The position numbers were made by a program, and so were the translations under genes. Below the pieces are notes generated by a model, which saw only the letters and a list, made by a program, of their open reading frames with translations, was not told the origin of the DNA and ran no database searches. Shown here in pieces: positions 46,951-62,180 of a stretch of 64,000 bases of DNA. Source of the stretch: the human T2T-CHM13v2.0 reference genome, Homo sapiens; assembly GCF_009914755.1 (NCBI RefSeq), contig NC_060928.1. One strand, given 5' to 3'. Position 1 is the stretch's first letter, and each line of letters opens with the position of its first letter.

Positions 46951-48249
46951 AGATTTTTTTCCCTAAAACATGGATTAAATATTATAAGTTGATTTGTTTC
47001 TGTATGTTGGCTTGCATATATTAAAAGATAAAAGACACTAGAAGCCAAATAGTGTTAACGTAATACTGTTTATCTTTGTCTTTGTCATGTAATAGTCATT
47101 GATTATAGAATTAATTCTGGAGTATTAATTACACATTAATACTTCAAGGAATTAACGTTGAATAAACAAGTTTACAGGTGGAATCAACAGAACAACATAT
47201 GAATCAGTTTCTGATTATCCTCAATCTTTCTTGGTCTCATGTATTCAGACGATTGCCAGGCATTGGTCGAATTATCTATTTAAAATGCTATATTGATTTT
47301 GTTATAAGAAACATTTGATTTAAAAATATCAATAAAAGTTCTCACGATAGTTAAGGTACTGTATTTCAAATAGGTGTTAATAATTAGTTCTTGCTGTTAG
47401 CTATGCAATACAACCTTTTGATGTCTGTATTTTATAACTCAATATTATTTATATGAATAGCTTAGCTATAAAAAGCTCTTTTAAATTAGTTATGTGTCTT
47501 TTAAAATAATTACCTTAAAATATAAACTGACATTGATTCTGATTTTGCTAAAATAGTAAAGTACAGAAGAAACATTATAATATAGAGGTAGCCTCACTTT
47601 TCAATATTTTTATATCTAAGAATAATATATATGTGTATATCTCTATAATACCAACCTTTTAATAATTTAAATTTGGATTATTCAATTACTTGAATTGAAC
47701 ATTAATATTCCAGAATTCAGTTGCATTTGAAGAAGCAAGAAATGTTGCTTTGAACTTCAAAATATCAGACCCAAGTCTGATTTTTAAATCGATGTTTATA
47801 ATTAACATTTATAATTGACTGAGCTCACCAAATGCTTAGCTCAATTAAGCAAAAAAATACAGTTTATCTTGTGCATGAAATTACAAAGTCTCTTGGGATT
47901 TGATTGACTTAAAGTTTTAAATAATTTAATTAAAGATATATTTATTATTTTAAAGTCATTTTTGTAATTGATAAGACATGTTAAAACATGAGCTTTTAGA
48001 AGAACACACCCTATGCAATATGGCTAAATATTTATCGTAATAAGGAAAACTCAACATAATATTTACAGCTTTTAGAATACTTATTTGCCCATGGATTTAT
48101 TAGTAACATACCAAGAAAAAATATGAAGCACTATCTAAGGATAAACTCCTGGAACAGGTTAATAGTGTCAGTCTCCCACTAAAATGTAAGAATTCATAAA
48201 ATTAAAATCAATATTTAGTAATTTATTTTTTCAATTGCCCCTTTTATGG

Positions 48250-48745
48250 GTGAAAATAAACCTTATACCCATCCTCATGGAGCTTACATAATAATCAGGG
48301 AGAACTAGAGGACACAAACAGTACAAATATGTGTTTGCAAATAGCCAGTGAAAATTGCTGGGAAGAAAATGTGGATAAGAAGATGAAGCATAAATGATGA
48401 TAACTATTTTAGGTAGAGTGGGCAGGGACAGCCTCTCTAAATAGGTGATATTTGAATAGAGATGTACATGAAGTTAAAGTAAACTATACAAATGTCTGGA
48501 GGGAAACATCCTAGGACGTAGTTCAAACGTTACCAGGCAAGAGCAAGAATGATTGTCGCATGAACAGCAAAGGGGCCAGGATGACAAGAATGTAGTAAGG
48601 GAGAGGGATGATTGATAAAGTAACAGAGATCATTAGGGGGCATTTCTTATAATGCCTGTAGGCCAGGGTTAAGGAATTTAAAGTTTGGTCTAAGGTCTAA
48701 ACATTGTAAGTATTGTGTTAATGGATTACTTCAGCTTTTGTGAGA
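48250..48745 (-). mobile_element. L2 fragment
   Basis: cctcatggagcttacat...ggcagggacagcctctctaaataggtgatatttgaatagaga...aaggaatttaaagtt. Confidence 0.65.
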
Positions 48746-49731
48746 TATACTATTTGTGGAAGCTGCAAAACTACAAAAAGGCCGTTGTATAAATTGTAAT
48801 TTGCAAACATTACACTGAACTGTTGTATTTTTTATTGTATTTTTTAAAACAGTCTCTCTCTCGTCTCTCTTTGTTTATATAAAATATTTCTTTGGTTGCT
48901 GCCTGTGAAGTAACTGATGTGGAATATTCCTCTGATTCTACTACTCTTCCAAAATTTCAGTTGTATAATATATATGGCATGACATATGACAGAAAAACCA
49001 CCTTATACATTTTTTTTACATGAAAAAACAATGCTGCTGTGTTTCTATTTGGTGTCTAGTAGGAACGTTAAATTGCAGCTTGATGATGTCTTCAAAAAAT
49101 CTACTTCCTCCTTGATGGAATCACTGCCTCCCTAATGATTCATATGGAATTTCAAATTTTTCTTAACTCACTAAGGGTGTATATATACACTTACACAAAA
49201 AATGAAAACCAAATGAAAAATAAAGAAAAGATCATTTTAGCATTATTTTTGTAATATCCTTATATATCAGTGCTAATATAGATGAAAACATCAATAGTAT
49301 TTTAACTCTTTTATCAACTTTCTGACCAAAACAATCCAACTTTAATAAACTACCCATACAGATAAAAATTATTTTAATTCTCATTGGAAATGCCTGTATT
49401 CCCTAGTTTTACAGAGAAAAAATGATTCTTACAGTTATTTGAATCCTTGACAGATTCTCCCTCAAGGTGTGATGATGTAGACCTACCTAAGGGTCACACA
49501 ACACCAGAGCTATTTTAGTGTTTCCCTAAAGGTAAACTTCCATTGAAATTTTTTACTTCTAACATACTTGTATTTTAATCTTTGAATCTGTGCTTTAAAA
49601 CATATGCTCAGAGACTAATAATCCTTATACATAGCTAGTTTATATGATTCATTTAGATAGTCTGGAAATAAAGCATGTGTTTCTCTTTAATTGCTTGGAA
49701 ATTAATAAGTATTAGAAATATTAAAAATTAA

Positions 49732-50085
<354 letters not shown>

Positions 50086-50125
50086 TATACTATCCTTTCT
50101 CTTAATGTTAAAGACCTTTATCATT

Positions 50126-50262
50126 GGCTGGGCGCAATGGCTCACATGTGTAATCCCAGCATTTTAGGAGGCTGAGACAGGAGGATTCCTTGAAGCCAGG
50201 AGTTTGACACCAGCCTAGGCAAGAAAGCAAGCCCCCATCACAATAAAAAATAAAGTTTTAAC
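50126..50262 (+). mobile_element. FLAM-type Alu monomer
   Basis: ggctgggcgcaatggctcac...ggaggattccttgaagccaggagttt...A-rich tail; TSD aagacctttatcatt / aaaacctttattatt. Confidence 0.88.
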
Positions 50263-50739
50263 AAAACCTTTATTATTCACTGGGAAGCTTATTATTTTCA
50301 ACTTTTCCATTCTTTTGTTTAACACTTGTGGACTATTACTGAATTTTCTCCTCTACAAACTCTTCTGTATGATGCAATAAAAACTCATTTAGGAAAAGTC
50401 TTCTCATGCAAATTTCCCAAGGCAAGCAAGATTACCAAATGGATTATCAATGACCTTGGATGGAAAGATACATTAAAATTAATATATTCTTGGATTTTTA
50501 AAATGTATTGTTATGAAATAAAATTGATTCCTGTCTGCATATCACATGGAGGAATTGACTACACCTCATCTCTTCACACAAATTTCTCAATTGTATTTTC
50601 TCAAGATTTAGCTGACATAGTTTTATGTGCTTATTCTGTCCAATGACAAGGAAGCAGGAAATGATCAAGTGAAACCAAACTCCAAGGAGCCTTAGGGAAG
50701 TATCTATACATTTGCTATAGACAGAAGGGAATGGGAGTT

Positions 50740-50960
50740 AGCAATTATTAAGAGCTTACTCTGGCCTGCTACTCTGCTCTGGTCTTTATATATGTATGAA
50801 GTCATTTAATTCCCATAACAATTTTTGAGGTAGGAATTATTTACTCCACTCTTAAAAAATGATGAAACCGAGGCCCATTGAGGATAGCAAATAGCCAGAG
50901 TGAAAAAGTAGATAGCAAAGCAGGAGTCCCACTTGGTCTGTTTAAATGAGGATGGAACAT
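50740..50960 (-). mobile_element. MIR
   Basis: tcatttaattcccataacaatttttgaggtaggaattatt...gatgaaaccgaggcc. Confidence 0.7.
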
Positions 50961-52571
50961 ATTGTTGCTATAATATCAGTCAGCCAACTGTGACTATGAA
51001 GAGAATATCACATGGGAAAGGGCAGGTAATAGGATGTCAGTGGTTAAGGCTGCTTAGAAGTAAGAGACTTCAGAGTTACTGGGGAGATGGCAGAGGCACT
51101 CATCTCCTACATCATTTGGATCCAAAACCAGACTGTGAGCAGAGAGTGATCTTCCCTGTGGCACCTTCTCTGTGTGTAATGTGAACGTGAAGGCAAAACT
51201 GGAGAGAGGAGAATGCAGAGGAAGCTGATTTCCCTTGAGCTCTGGTACCAAGTGACTGGGAGGGAGCCACAATTCTGAATACAGCAGGGAGAACTTATGT
51301 ATCTTGATTGGAAATAAAAGCTGAATAATACCATAGTACCAATCAACTTATTGAAATAAGCCTGAATAACATTATCTCTTTGATATTTATCAGTATGATA
51401 GTAAAATGCTTTTCATATTAAAAAGTGATATTTTTCTTTATGTTTAGGCTTTTCAGTAACTATTAATAATTTTTAGAACAGATTGTTGACAAAGTCTGGT
51501 CATATTTGTATTTCCTCAAAATTAACAACTGAATTGAATGTCAGATTTATTCATCTTGCATAGATGAATTCATCATCCCCATTGCATAGAATAGTGCCTG
51601 GCACAAGGTCCTTAGTACATGTTGTTGAGTAAATGATATATGAGTGATGTGTCTAAGAATGTTATTTGCACCTGTCTTTATAATAAAATCCCTGAATAAA
51701 TAAATATAATTAATTGGCATCATATTAATTATCAAAACAGGCACAACAGAATATGCTAGTCAGTACAATTTTAGTAGTACTGTTATAAATTGGGTGGAAT
51801 ATTAGATAGAGGAACTTATTAATAAAACTTTTGCCTAGTACGCAAATCTCCTCCATAGCCCCTGCTATAGGCAGTGAGCTTTGAATTACTTCTCATGGCA
51901 GGAAATCATTACTTAACTAGTAGGTCATTACGCTTTACATCTAGTGATTTTGAAGCTTTCTCACACTGTGTCAAAATTATCCTCCGAAAATACATATCTT
52001 AAATGTATTTTAGCCCATATTAATATGTATTTTAGTAACATAAATTAATATCATTAATAATTACACTTGAATCATTTGAATACTGCTTCTTAACTTTATT
52101 ATTATAAAATAAACATTTCCCTAAAATGTTTGTATCTTGTTTTAGTTCATCTTTTGCTCACAAATACCATTTATTTTTATGTTCACTATAGAAAGTTATA
52201 GTCATACATCTAGAAAATATCTTAAAAGTTTTCAAGTACTCTAAAGAGATAAACACTAATAAAATCACATATATAATATACATAACATATTAATAGGTCT
52301 ATATAATAAGATATGAAATTTGAATCTTTTTAATTCTGCTTCTTAACTTTAATATTGTAAAATAAACATTTTTCTGTTATGTTAACATACACACTGTAAT
52401 AATGGAAAATACTTATAATATGAATGTACACTTTTCATGTTATTTAATGTTTATTTTCTTGTTTTCTATTATGAGCTGTACTGCAAAACTCTGTATAAAT
52501 TTTTCCTACATTAATGATTACTTTTCTTTTAAATGTTTGTAAAATATTTCTAGCCTGCAAAAAATTGGACA

Positions 52572-52969
52572 GAATAAGGTTTGAATGTTTGTGTTCCTCC
52601 AAAATTTATGTAGAAATGTAATTTCCATTGTGGGAGGTATTAAGAAGTGAGGTCTTTTGGGAAATAATTAAGTTATGAGGGATCTGCTTTTGTGAGTGGG
52701 ATTAATGACCTTAAAAAAGAGTCTTTAGAGAGCTGTCTGAGGCTTCTGTCCCTTCAACTATGAGAGGCTATAGTGCTTTTGCCCTCTGAAGGACACAGCA
52801 ACAAGGCTCTACCTTGGAAGCAAGGAACAAGACTTTACCAGATACTACATTTGCTGGCACCTTGACCTTGGATTTCTCAGCCTCCAGAACTATGAGCAAT
52901 AAGCGTTCATTATTTATTAATTATCCAGTTGAAGGTATTTTGTTTTAGTAGCAGGAATGGACTAAGGCA
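52572..52969 (+). mobile_element. MaLR solo LTR (MSTC/D or MLT1A-like)
   Basis: ggtttgaatgtttgtgttcctccaaaatttatg...gctggcaccttgaccttggatttctcagcctccagaac...ggactaaggca. Confidence 0.88.
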
Positions 52970-54146
52970 ATATATAATAAACACTTATGTTCCCAACTCA
53001 CAGATTTTTTTTAACATTTGATATGTATTAGTGATCATTTGTTTGAGGAGCTATGACATGGACTCAGTTTGAATCCTTCCTAACATAATCAATGAATAGT
53101 GTTTTTGATATTTTTAAGTGTCACATATATAATATACTATATTTTACAATTTTTCTTAACATTTATTTATAAAAATAAAAATATATCAGTTCATTCTCAT
53201 TTTAACTGAAATATATGATGTATGTAATTACTTCAAGTCCAAGAATTGACAACTGTTTCCATGAAACCACTTTACTGTATGGTTTGGTTACAGTTAGCCA
53301 ACAGATGTATGTGAGTGAGAAGAAATCACTCCTCTCAGTATATTGTAGTAGTCAGACATGATGACAGACAAATATGGAAGTGCCCAGAAGTATTCAACAT
53401 CCAGCTTTTTTCTTCCCAATTACTATTCCCACCAACCAATAGCATTTTTGAGTCAACCCTCAAGCATTTCACTGCAATTTTCATAGTGATGACAGCTGCC
53501 ACATATCTCCCTATGAGCTCTCTGTTGATTTTGGCAGTCAGACTGAAAATAAACAAACCAACAAAAGTCTGGAATTTTCCTGTAAGTTCCAACCAACCAA
53601 CTTACACAAATGTTTTTGTTGGTGATTTTCTCTGATCCTCCACATCCCTTATATACTCTATGCCTTAAGTTCTCCAGATATTTCTATATTTATGTAAGCT
53701 CCAATTTCTGTTGCAAATAATCTGTTCCAATCAAACATTTAATTTGCTCTATTTTTTTTTAGACACTGACTGATATGCCACTTATAGCTGAATATGTACC
53801 ATTTATGGATGTCCTTTCTATATTGTCTCATCCTGGTTGCCATATATAGGCACAATCTTATAAAAATAGATCATTTTTTATAATAAACCATAATGGAAAA
53901 AATCACGTTTTTACCAAAATTATAATGTGGATAAATTCATTAACTTTTTTTATTTTTAGTGAGTCTAAATTATTAAAAAGCAACAAATGTTATGACATCT
54001 CCTCGCCTTTCTTCCTATTATTATGAGCACCTTATGCAGTGATTTCATAATTTTAATTCATATCATTGTCTAACAGAGTATATGTCCGCTACATAAACAC
54101 ATCATGCAGATACCAGCCAAACTGCTGAAATGATGCATCATTCAAC

Positions 54147-54216
54147 ATTGCTTAATAACTAAGAAAACAATTGTATTTTTAATTGCTTAATAACTAAGAA
54201 AAAAATTGTATTTTTA
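54147..54216. repeat. 35-bp tandem duplication
   Basis: attgcttaataactaagaaaa(c/a)aattgtattttta x2, one mismatch. Confidence 0.95.
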
Positions 54217-54289
54217 AATTAGAATGTGCAATAATGGTCTTTTAAAGACCCCAAAATAAAGAATTTTTGAAAACCCAACATATATTCTT

Positions 54290-54520
54290 GAATTGAGATG
54301 CAATTCGAATGCCATAAAATTCTCCTTTAAAGTCTTTAATTCAGTGGATTTTAGTATGATTACAGAGGTGTGTAACCATCACCACTACCTAATTTTAAAA
54401 TATATTCATCATCACCCCCTTCAAAACCCCATCATCACCCCCTTCAAAACCCCATACACAATGGCAGTCCTCTTCATTTGCCACTCCCATCAGCCCCTTA
54501 TAATCATAACCCATAAACAT
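54290..54520 (-). mobile_element. L1MB-like 3' end with perfect 23-bp tandem duplication (54407-54452)
   Basis: aattgagatgcaattc...taattcagtggattttagtat...tgtaaccatcaccact; catcatcacccccttcaaaaccc x2. Confidence 0.8.
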
Positions 54521-54756
54521 ATTATTTATATCCTGAGTGGCTGCATTTGGTATTTGGTCATCTTAATAACAAAGGAAGGAAAAGAATTCAATAATTTATG
54601 TATATATAGACGTTGGACACTTTATAGAATCATATAATATAGATTAGACAATAGGTAAAAATACAGAAAAAGTAGCAGGATAGTAGTTGAGATTTACCAG
54701 CTTTGGCTCTGAAAATAAAATTTTGAATACTAACATCTATATACCATGATTACTGG

Positions 54757-55085
54757 GTGTGATTGCTTGCAAAATTGGCAACAAATGTCTTCATGTCCTT
54801 CCATCAAGAAGCAGAGTTAACTTCTCACAACACTTGATTCTGAGACGCCCTTGCTTTGGTGACTAAAATGCAATGACGGGATGACATTCAAGTTCTAATA
54901 CTGGACCACAAGAAGATTTGTATGCCTCTTCTTGTTCTTCTGGAATTTTGTGGCTCCATGTGAACAAGCCCGATCTAGCCTACTAGAGGGAGAGAGATCA
55001 TGTGGAGAAGAACTGAAGCACTCCAGACAGTCCTCAGTTGACATAACAACTGAGTGCAGATGCACGAGTGAGCACCGAGAGAGTG
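54757..55085 (+). mobile_element. MLT1G/H-like LTR fragment
   Basis: aaaattggcaacaaat...ccatcaagaagcagag...ccatgtgaacaagcccgatctagcctactagag. Confidence 0.65.
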
Positions 55086-55252
55086 GTCATTATTTAGCTA
55101 TTAAAAAAAAAAGGATGTTATAAACATCGTTTAACACGTATCTTGAGAAACCTAAACTTGTAGATTTCTAAAGAGCATATCTGAGAGTGGAAGTGTAAGA
55201 TCTGAGATAATATATTTGTGTAGCTTTAGTAGATAATGCCAAACTATTTTCT

Positions 55253-55574
<322 letters not shown>

Positions 55575-56288
55575 CCTTTTTCCAAAGTGGTTAGAATAAA
55601 GTTTGGTTACCTTGTCCACATTCTCACCAGTAGTAAGTAGAACCAAACATTTTAAAATCTAGCTATTCTTTGATGTTACTTAGTGATTTCTCATTGTCAT
55701 TTTTATTTTATTTCACATCAGAATAAGTTTTACCAATTAGATCACAATGTACTCAGAAAAACGTAGAAATAACAGAATTCCATTTTCACATCCTACAACT
55801 TTAAATGCTTACTTCACTTAGTGATCTTTTCTATATCCTTCCTTTCTGTATTTGAGAGCATGTGATAGTTTATTTCTACTGGCAGACATATATGATGAGT
55901 ATAACTAGAGTTAAAAAGCTGCATATACACACACATGCAGAGGTACACAGGTGCATTCATTCATAAATACATAGCATACACTCATAAATATGTAGTATTA
56001 GTAGTTAGCTTTATTATTTTATTTATTCCTTTGTCTATGCAAACATATTTATTGAATATTTTTTTCTGCCAAAGATTCTGTATACCCTGACATAAATTCT
56101 CCTTCTATACTGAGATTACATTCTGGTAAGTGTCATGGACTATCAAACGCTATCACTATGTATTGAGGAAAATAGTATAAGGAATGAGAGTATGATAAAA
56201 GATTATTTAATAGCTAGTTTGGAAAAGAGAGTTATTGATAGAAGTGCCGTTTCACCTGGGAGCTAACTGAAGGATTGATGTTACCCAT

Positions 56289-56796
56289 TGTATTTTTCCT
56301 ATTGCTTCTGTAAAAAAGTTACCACACACTTGGTGGCTTACAGAAACAGAAAGTAAATTATCTCACAATTTTCGAGGTCATAAAACTAAAATAGGTTTCA
56401 CCGAGCTAAAATCAACGCGGTGGCAAGATTGTATTCCTTCTAGAGGCTCTAGGAGAAAATCCATCCCTCTTTGTTTTCCAGTTTAAAGATTAGTTCACCT
56501 GAATTTCTTGGTTTGTGGCCTTTTCCTTCAACTGCCAAGCCAGCAATCATATACCACTCTAAACTCTGCTTTCGTTGCCACATTTTCTCTGACTCTTTTG
56601 TCTCCCTCTTTCATCTTTTAAATATTCTAATGATTACATTGGGCCCACCAGGTTAATACAGGATACTCTGCCCATATCAAGGAACTTAGTTTAATCCACT
56701 TGCACAGTCTCTTTTGCTATGTAAAGTAACATCCACAGGTTTGAGAGATGAGGTTGCTGACATCCTAGATGTGGGGGCATTATTTTGCATGCCACA
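56289..56796 (-). mobile_element. MLT1D-like solo LTR nested in an L2 fragment
   Basis: tgtatttttcctattgct...gattacattgggcccacc...gggggcattattttgcatgccaca; perfect 5-bp TSD cccat (56284-56288, 56797-56801). Confidence 0.9.
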
Positions 56797-57180
56797 CCCA
56801 TGCTGGGGAGGAGCAATCATTCAAAGAGAAGTGTTCCAGTCACAGAAAACAGTCTCTGTTTCCTTAAGGGATCTGACAGAATTAACATAGCTAAAGCAGG
56901 AAGCAAGACATCTTACTAAGAGCAATAGTTATCAATCACAAATACTAAATATTTAGAGATATGTTTGAAATTACTTCAAAATGCCAAATATTTTACACAT
57001 TTTTAAAGCTGGATTCAGAAATAGGATATGGAAATGGAGGACATTTGTGTATCTGTGCCTTTACAGTGGAGGAAGATCACAAGTGGAAGCAGTTATCTAT
57101 AAATTAAAACATAAAATAGATGTTTTGTCTTCAAAAACTTGGAAGACTTTTAATTTTCCTCCAGTCCTATGTCTAATTTT

Positions 57181-57343
57181 TTATAATTAATTAATTAATT
57201 AATTTAGAGATAGGATCTCACTCTGTCACCCAGGCTGGAGCACAGTTGTGCAATCATAGCTCACTGCAACCTCAAATACTAGAGCTCTTCAGCCTCTGGA
57301 GTAGCAGATGGAACCACAGGTGCACGCCACCACACCCGGTTAA
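57181..57343 (-). mobile_element. FRAM-type (right-arm) Alu monomer
   Basis: gagataggatctcactctgtcacccaggctggag...atcatagctcactgc...cgccaccacacccgg; flanks ctatgtctaatttt / ccatgtttaatttt. Confidence 0.85.
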
Positions 57344-60188
57344 CCATGTTTAATTTTAAACAGTTCAAAAAGCCATATTTTTATTTTTAATGTCAAATAA
57401 TTTATGTGGTGATATACACTGTTGTTTTGCTTTATGTATCTAGAGAGTTTATTCAATTTATCTTTTACAGATATAAAGACAGAATCATGTAGGTGTTATA
57501 AAATTATGCTACAAATGACGAAAATAGCACATGTTAATGGGATTTGGAAGTTGGAAATAGTGTTTTCTGTGCACCATAATCTGTTTATTTAGAACATATA
57601 AATATGCAGTGCTTTTAAGAATATACCCTCCTGTGTCCCTTATAAAATTTCTCTTTTCACAAGTTAGTATATTTTGAAAAAAGTTTATGACTAATATGAT
57701 ATTTCTCAATACTTCCAAGAATATAAAGCAGAGAAAACAGTTAAATAAAGTATATTTTCTGGTGAGAAGAGGTAAAAAGCAAGTCAATGTATTTTCTCAA
57801 TGATGGCTTATATGACAAATACTAGCATAATGACAGAAAAAAATTGTCATAAAAGGAAATTGATTGAAGGTATGTTCAAATACATTACGAAAGTTTATGA
57901 TTTGTTGAGTATTAGATATTTACAAAATATAATTTTAGAATTTGGCTTATGTTGATTTCCATAACTTCATATATTGAACAAAGCTCCATTGGAAAACTAT
58001 TAAAATGGCCATTGCTATTACATACATTTTTGCTCTTGCTGAATTCTGTTTGATTATGCCAATATTCACGGCAATAAGTGACATGGACTTGTGACCTCTT
58101 TTCTGGTTAAAACAGAGGATAAGCAAAACCGCTTTCAGTATGTTAAATCCAACAGTAAATCTTGGAGCCTGAAACAGAGAAAAATGCAATCTTTTTATGT
58201 AGTGGCTTTATGAAAAATCAATGACTGATCTCCAAAGTAATTGATTCATATCACTTTTTCTCTATAAATCCAGACTGTGGATGGTAATTATTTTTAAATT
58301 TTTTAAAATTTTTCTCATATAGAGCAGCACAAAAGACAACTACCTTGAAAACTAAAGTCTGCAAAATGTTGGCAAGGGCAAAGAAGACTGTGCACCACTT
58401 ATTTCTGACAAGAAAAATGATTCTAATGTCCCTAACATACCACCTTTCTCCTTTCTATAGAATGCATCAATCTATGAATGTCACTTTTGCGGCAGTCATG
58501 ATTTGTATTCTTCCTGGCAGCTCTCCTACTTTACAGGCCCTAAAATAAGTTTGGTTATAGCCTACAACTGCAGGAGAGCAAAAATCCATTTCCTGTATCC
58601 ATTTCCGTGGCTCACACCCATTCGATGTTGTTGTCTTTCTGATACTTGCCACCAAAGTTATTGATGATGTTACAAAATGGACAGACTGAGAATTAGACGC
58701 TTTTCACAAGATCTGATAATTAAGTAATAATAAGGAACCAAATCTGTAAAAGCAAAGCAAAAATATTTTACAATACAGGCCCCAAAGACAAAAGAAATCC
58801 TTATCATTTTCTGTTATAAAACAGACCTATAATTTGCAAATAATGCAAGTGAAGGTGCTTTAATCTTGTATTATATCTGTTTATGGCTTTTATCCTAAAT
58901 TAATTCATGCTTTTTAAAGTAATATGTAAATGTGAAATTACACAAGTGCAATCTAATTTTAATGCTAATTAATCTTCTATCCAACACATTCTTATTTACT
59001 AGCTAGTTAAATTTGCCACAAATTTTGGATAACAACGGGATCATTAAATAGTTTATTTTGGAAATTTTGATCTTTTCAAGTATCTCTCTTTTCTACCAAT
59101 TTCTACAATTGTGTCTTGTAGCACAAGATACAATTTTTTTCCTGAAGTAGAATAACTGTGCTTCCAATAAGGAAAATATTTGAGTATTAAATAAATATTT
59201 CTAAAAGATATATTACGATAGGCAACATTAATAGATAGACAATTAAGGTCAATTAATATTGTAATGATATTGGAAATAAATTTTCAGCAGGTACAAGACT
59301 TTGTTTACTCAACATGGGATCACAATAGTGTATCAACTGTGAGCGGGAGAAAGGCAATAGGTGCTTAACTGGAGAGATGTGCTAAAACATGGATTCGGTG
59401 CATAAACAAAAACAAGGATTTAATTTCTGGTTAAGATGAAAAAGATGAGAACTAGACGATGGGCAAAAATTAATGCATGTATTATTCAATTTTAAGAATT
59501 GCTATAAAATAGTATAATCAGAAAACATGGCATTGGTGAAATAGACATACTGATGAATAGGACAGAACAGAGACTGCAGAAAGAAAAGACCTACATGAGT
59601 AGAGTCAATTGATTTCAACACATATATGGAGAAAACTCAATGAAGAATGGATTCTTTCAAGAAGTGGTGCTGGGACATTTGAACATCTTGTGCAAAGAAG
59701 AAAAAAAAAAAAAAAAGAATCTAGACCAGACCTTACACCTTTCACAAAAACTAATCCAAAATGAATTTAAGACATAATACAAGATAAAAAGGATAAAACC
59801 TCAGGAAGAGGACACAGAAGAAAATTTATATGACTTTAAGCATGTTGATGAGATTTTAGATAAAACTTAAAAGCACAATCTGTGAAAGAAAAAGTAATAA
59901 TTTGGCTTATTGAAATTAAAAACTTATCTGCAAAAGGCACTGTAAAGATAAAAAGGAGGAAATATTTGACATTTCTGATAAAGGGCTTCTTATCTAGAAT
60001 ACAAAAAAAAAAAGAAAAAACCCTTAAGTTAACAATGTAAAAATGTGCAAAAAAATAAAATCTGAACAGACACCTTATCAAAGAAGACATAAAAATGATA
60101 AGTAAATACATGAAAAGATAATCAATATCATTTGTCATTAGGGAAATGCAAATTAAAACAACTAAGAGACACCACTACATGTCTATGA

Positions 60189-60659
<471 letters not shown>

Positions 60660-61619
60660 CAACAATGGCATTCTTAAGCATTTAGCCAACTGATTTGAAA
60701 ACTGAGTTTTATACTAAAACCTACACACTGAAGTTTATAGAAGTTTTCTTCTTCATAATTATCAAAAACTGAAAACAGCAAAGATATTTAATAGGTGAAA
60801 AGACAAACTGTGGTACATCCATAGAATAAAATATAACTTAGCAATTAAAAGGAATGGGCTAGGGCTATCAACCTAAACAACTTGGATGAATCTTGAATGG
60901 ATATTATTAGTGAAAAAAGTAAGTCTGTAAAGGCAACATACTCTATAATTCCATTCATATGACATTCTAGAAAAAGCTAAACTATTTATGGAAACAGAAC
61001 AAAGATTGCCAGTAATCTTGTGAGATAAAGGAGAGCTGAATATATGGAGCACAGGGAATTTTATAAGGCTATGAAAGTATTCTGTTTGATACTGTATTGG
61101 TTAAGATGGATAGTGATAACAGTGGATACACAACACTGTGTATTTGTCAGAACACAGAGAGCCTTAAAACACAAAGAGTGAATGTTATGTATGCAAATTT
61201 TAAAACATCAGTTAAGAGATGTGGGGACTCTAGAATGTAGACTGTGATGAAAAAATTTACTACGAATGTATAGCATAACATAATTGATGATGATGGGTGA
61301 GAAAAGAGCTGAACTAAGTAATTTTGGAAATGAATGGGGTATGTAAAAATAAAGACAAAAGGAAGTGTATCTAGGTACTGCATGCTAGTAGTTAAAAGTA
61401 TTTTCCATTGGAGTAAAGTATAACAATTCCAAAACCACACTAATGAATGCTGAGCTTTAGCAGCTAAGTGTGTGGTTGGGTTCCAGTGAGAGCCAGGTTT
61501 TTCACTCTTAGATTGGTAATTTATAGATAAGCAAGAAGAGAAGTCCGGAATGATACATATATTAATGGATTAGAATTGGAGTCATCAATATAAACTCATA
61601 TTTACTTTAACATAAATAG

Positions 61620-61989
61620 GTTAATAGTCAGTTTGGGCTGCTATAACAGAATATCATGGATTGAGTGTCCAAAACAAACATTTGTTTCTCACAGATCTGG
61701 AGGCTGGAAGTTCAATATCAAGATGCCACTATAGTCAACTTCTTGGTGAGGGTCCTCCTCCTGGTTCACAAAACAGCTGCTTCCTCCCTGTACCATCACT
61801 TGACAAAGAGAGAAAGTTCTGTCCTTTCATCTCCCTACAGGTCCACTAATCTGATCATGGAGCCTCCATACTCATGATCTAATCTAACCCTAGTTTCTTC
61901 CCAAAAGCCCTACCTCCAAATACCATCACATTGGGAGTTAAGGTTTTAACATATGAATTTTGGGGGATGCAAGCATTCAATCCAGAGCA
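61620..61989 (-). mobile_element. MLT1A/A0-like solo LTR
   Basis: agtcagtttgggctgctataacagaatatcat...cctacctccaaataccatcacattggg...atatgaattttggggga. Confidence 0.88.
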
Positions 61990-62009
61990 CAGATGTACAA
62001 ACACAGATG

Positions 62010-62180
62010 ATATATAATCTATATATTATATGTAACCCACACATCATATGTACATACATGTCTAACATAAACACGCATATACAATCTGTATATGTGTACA
62101 TTATAAATGTTTATAAATGTGTTTAATCCACTTAATTTGTATACATACACATTATAAATATGTTTATAAGATATATACAC
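62010..62180. repeat. Degenerate (TA/CA)n low-complexity tract
   Basis: Read directly. Confidence 0.75.
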
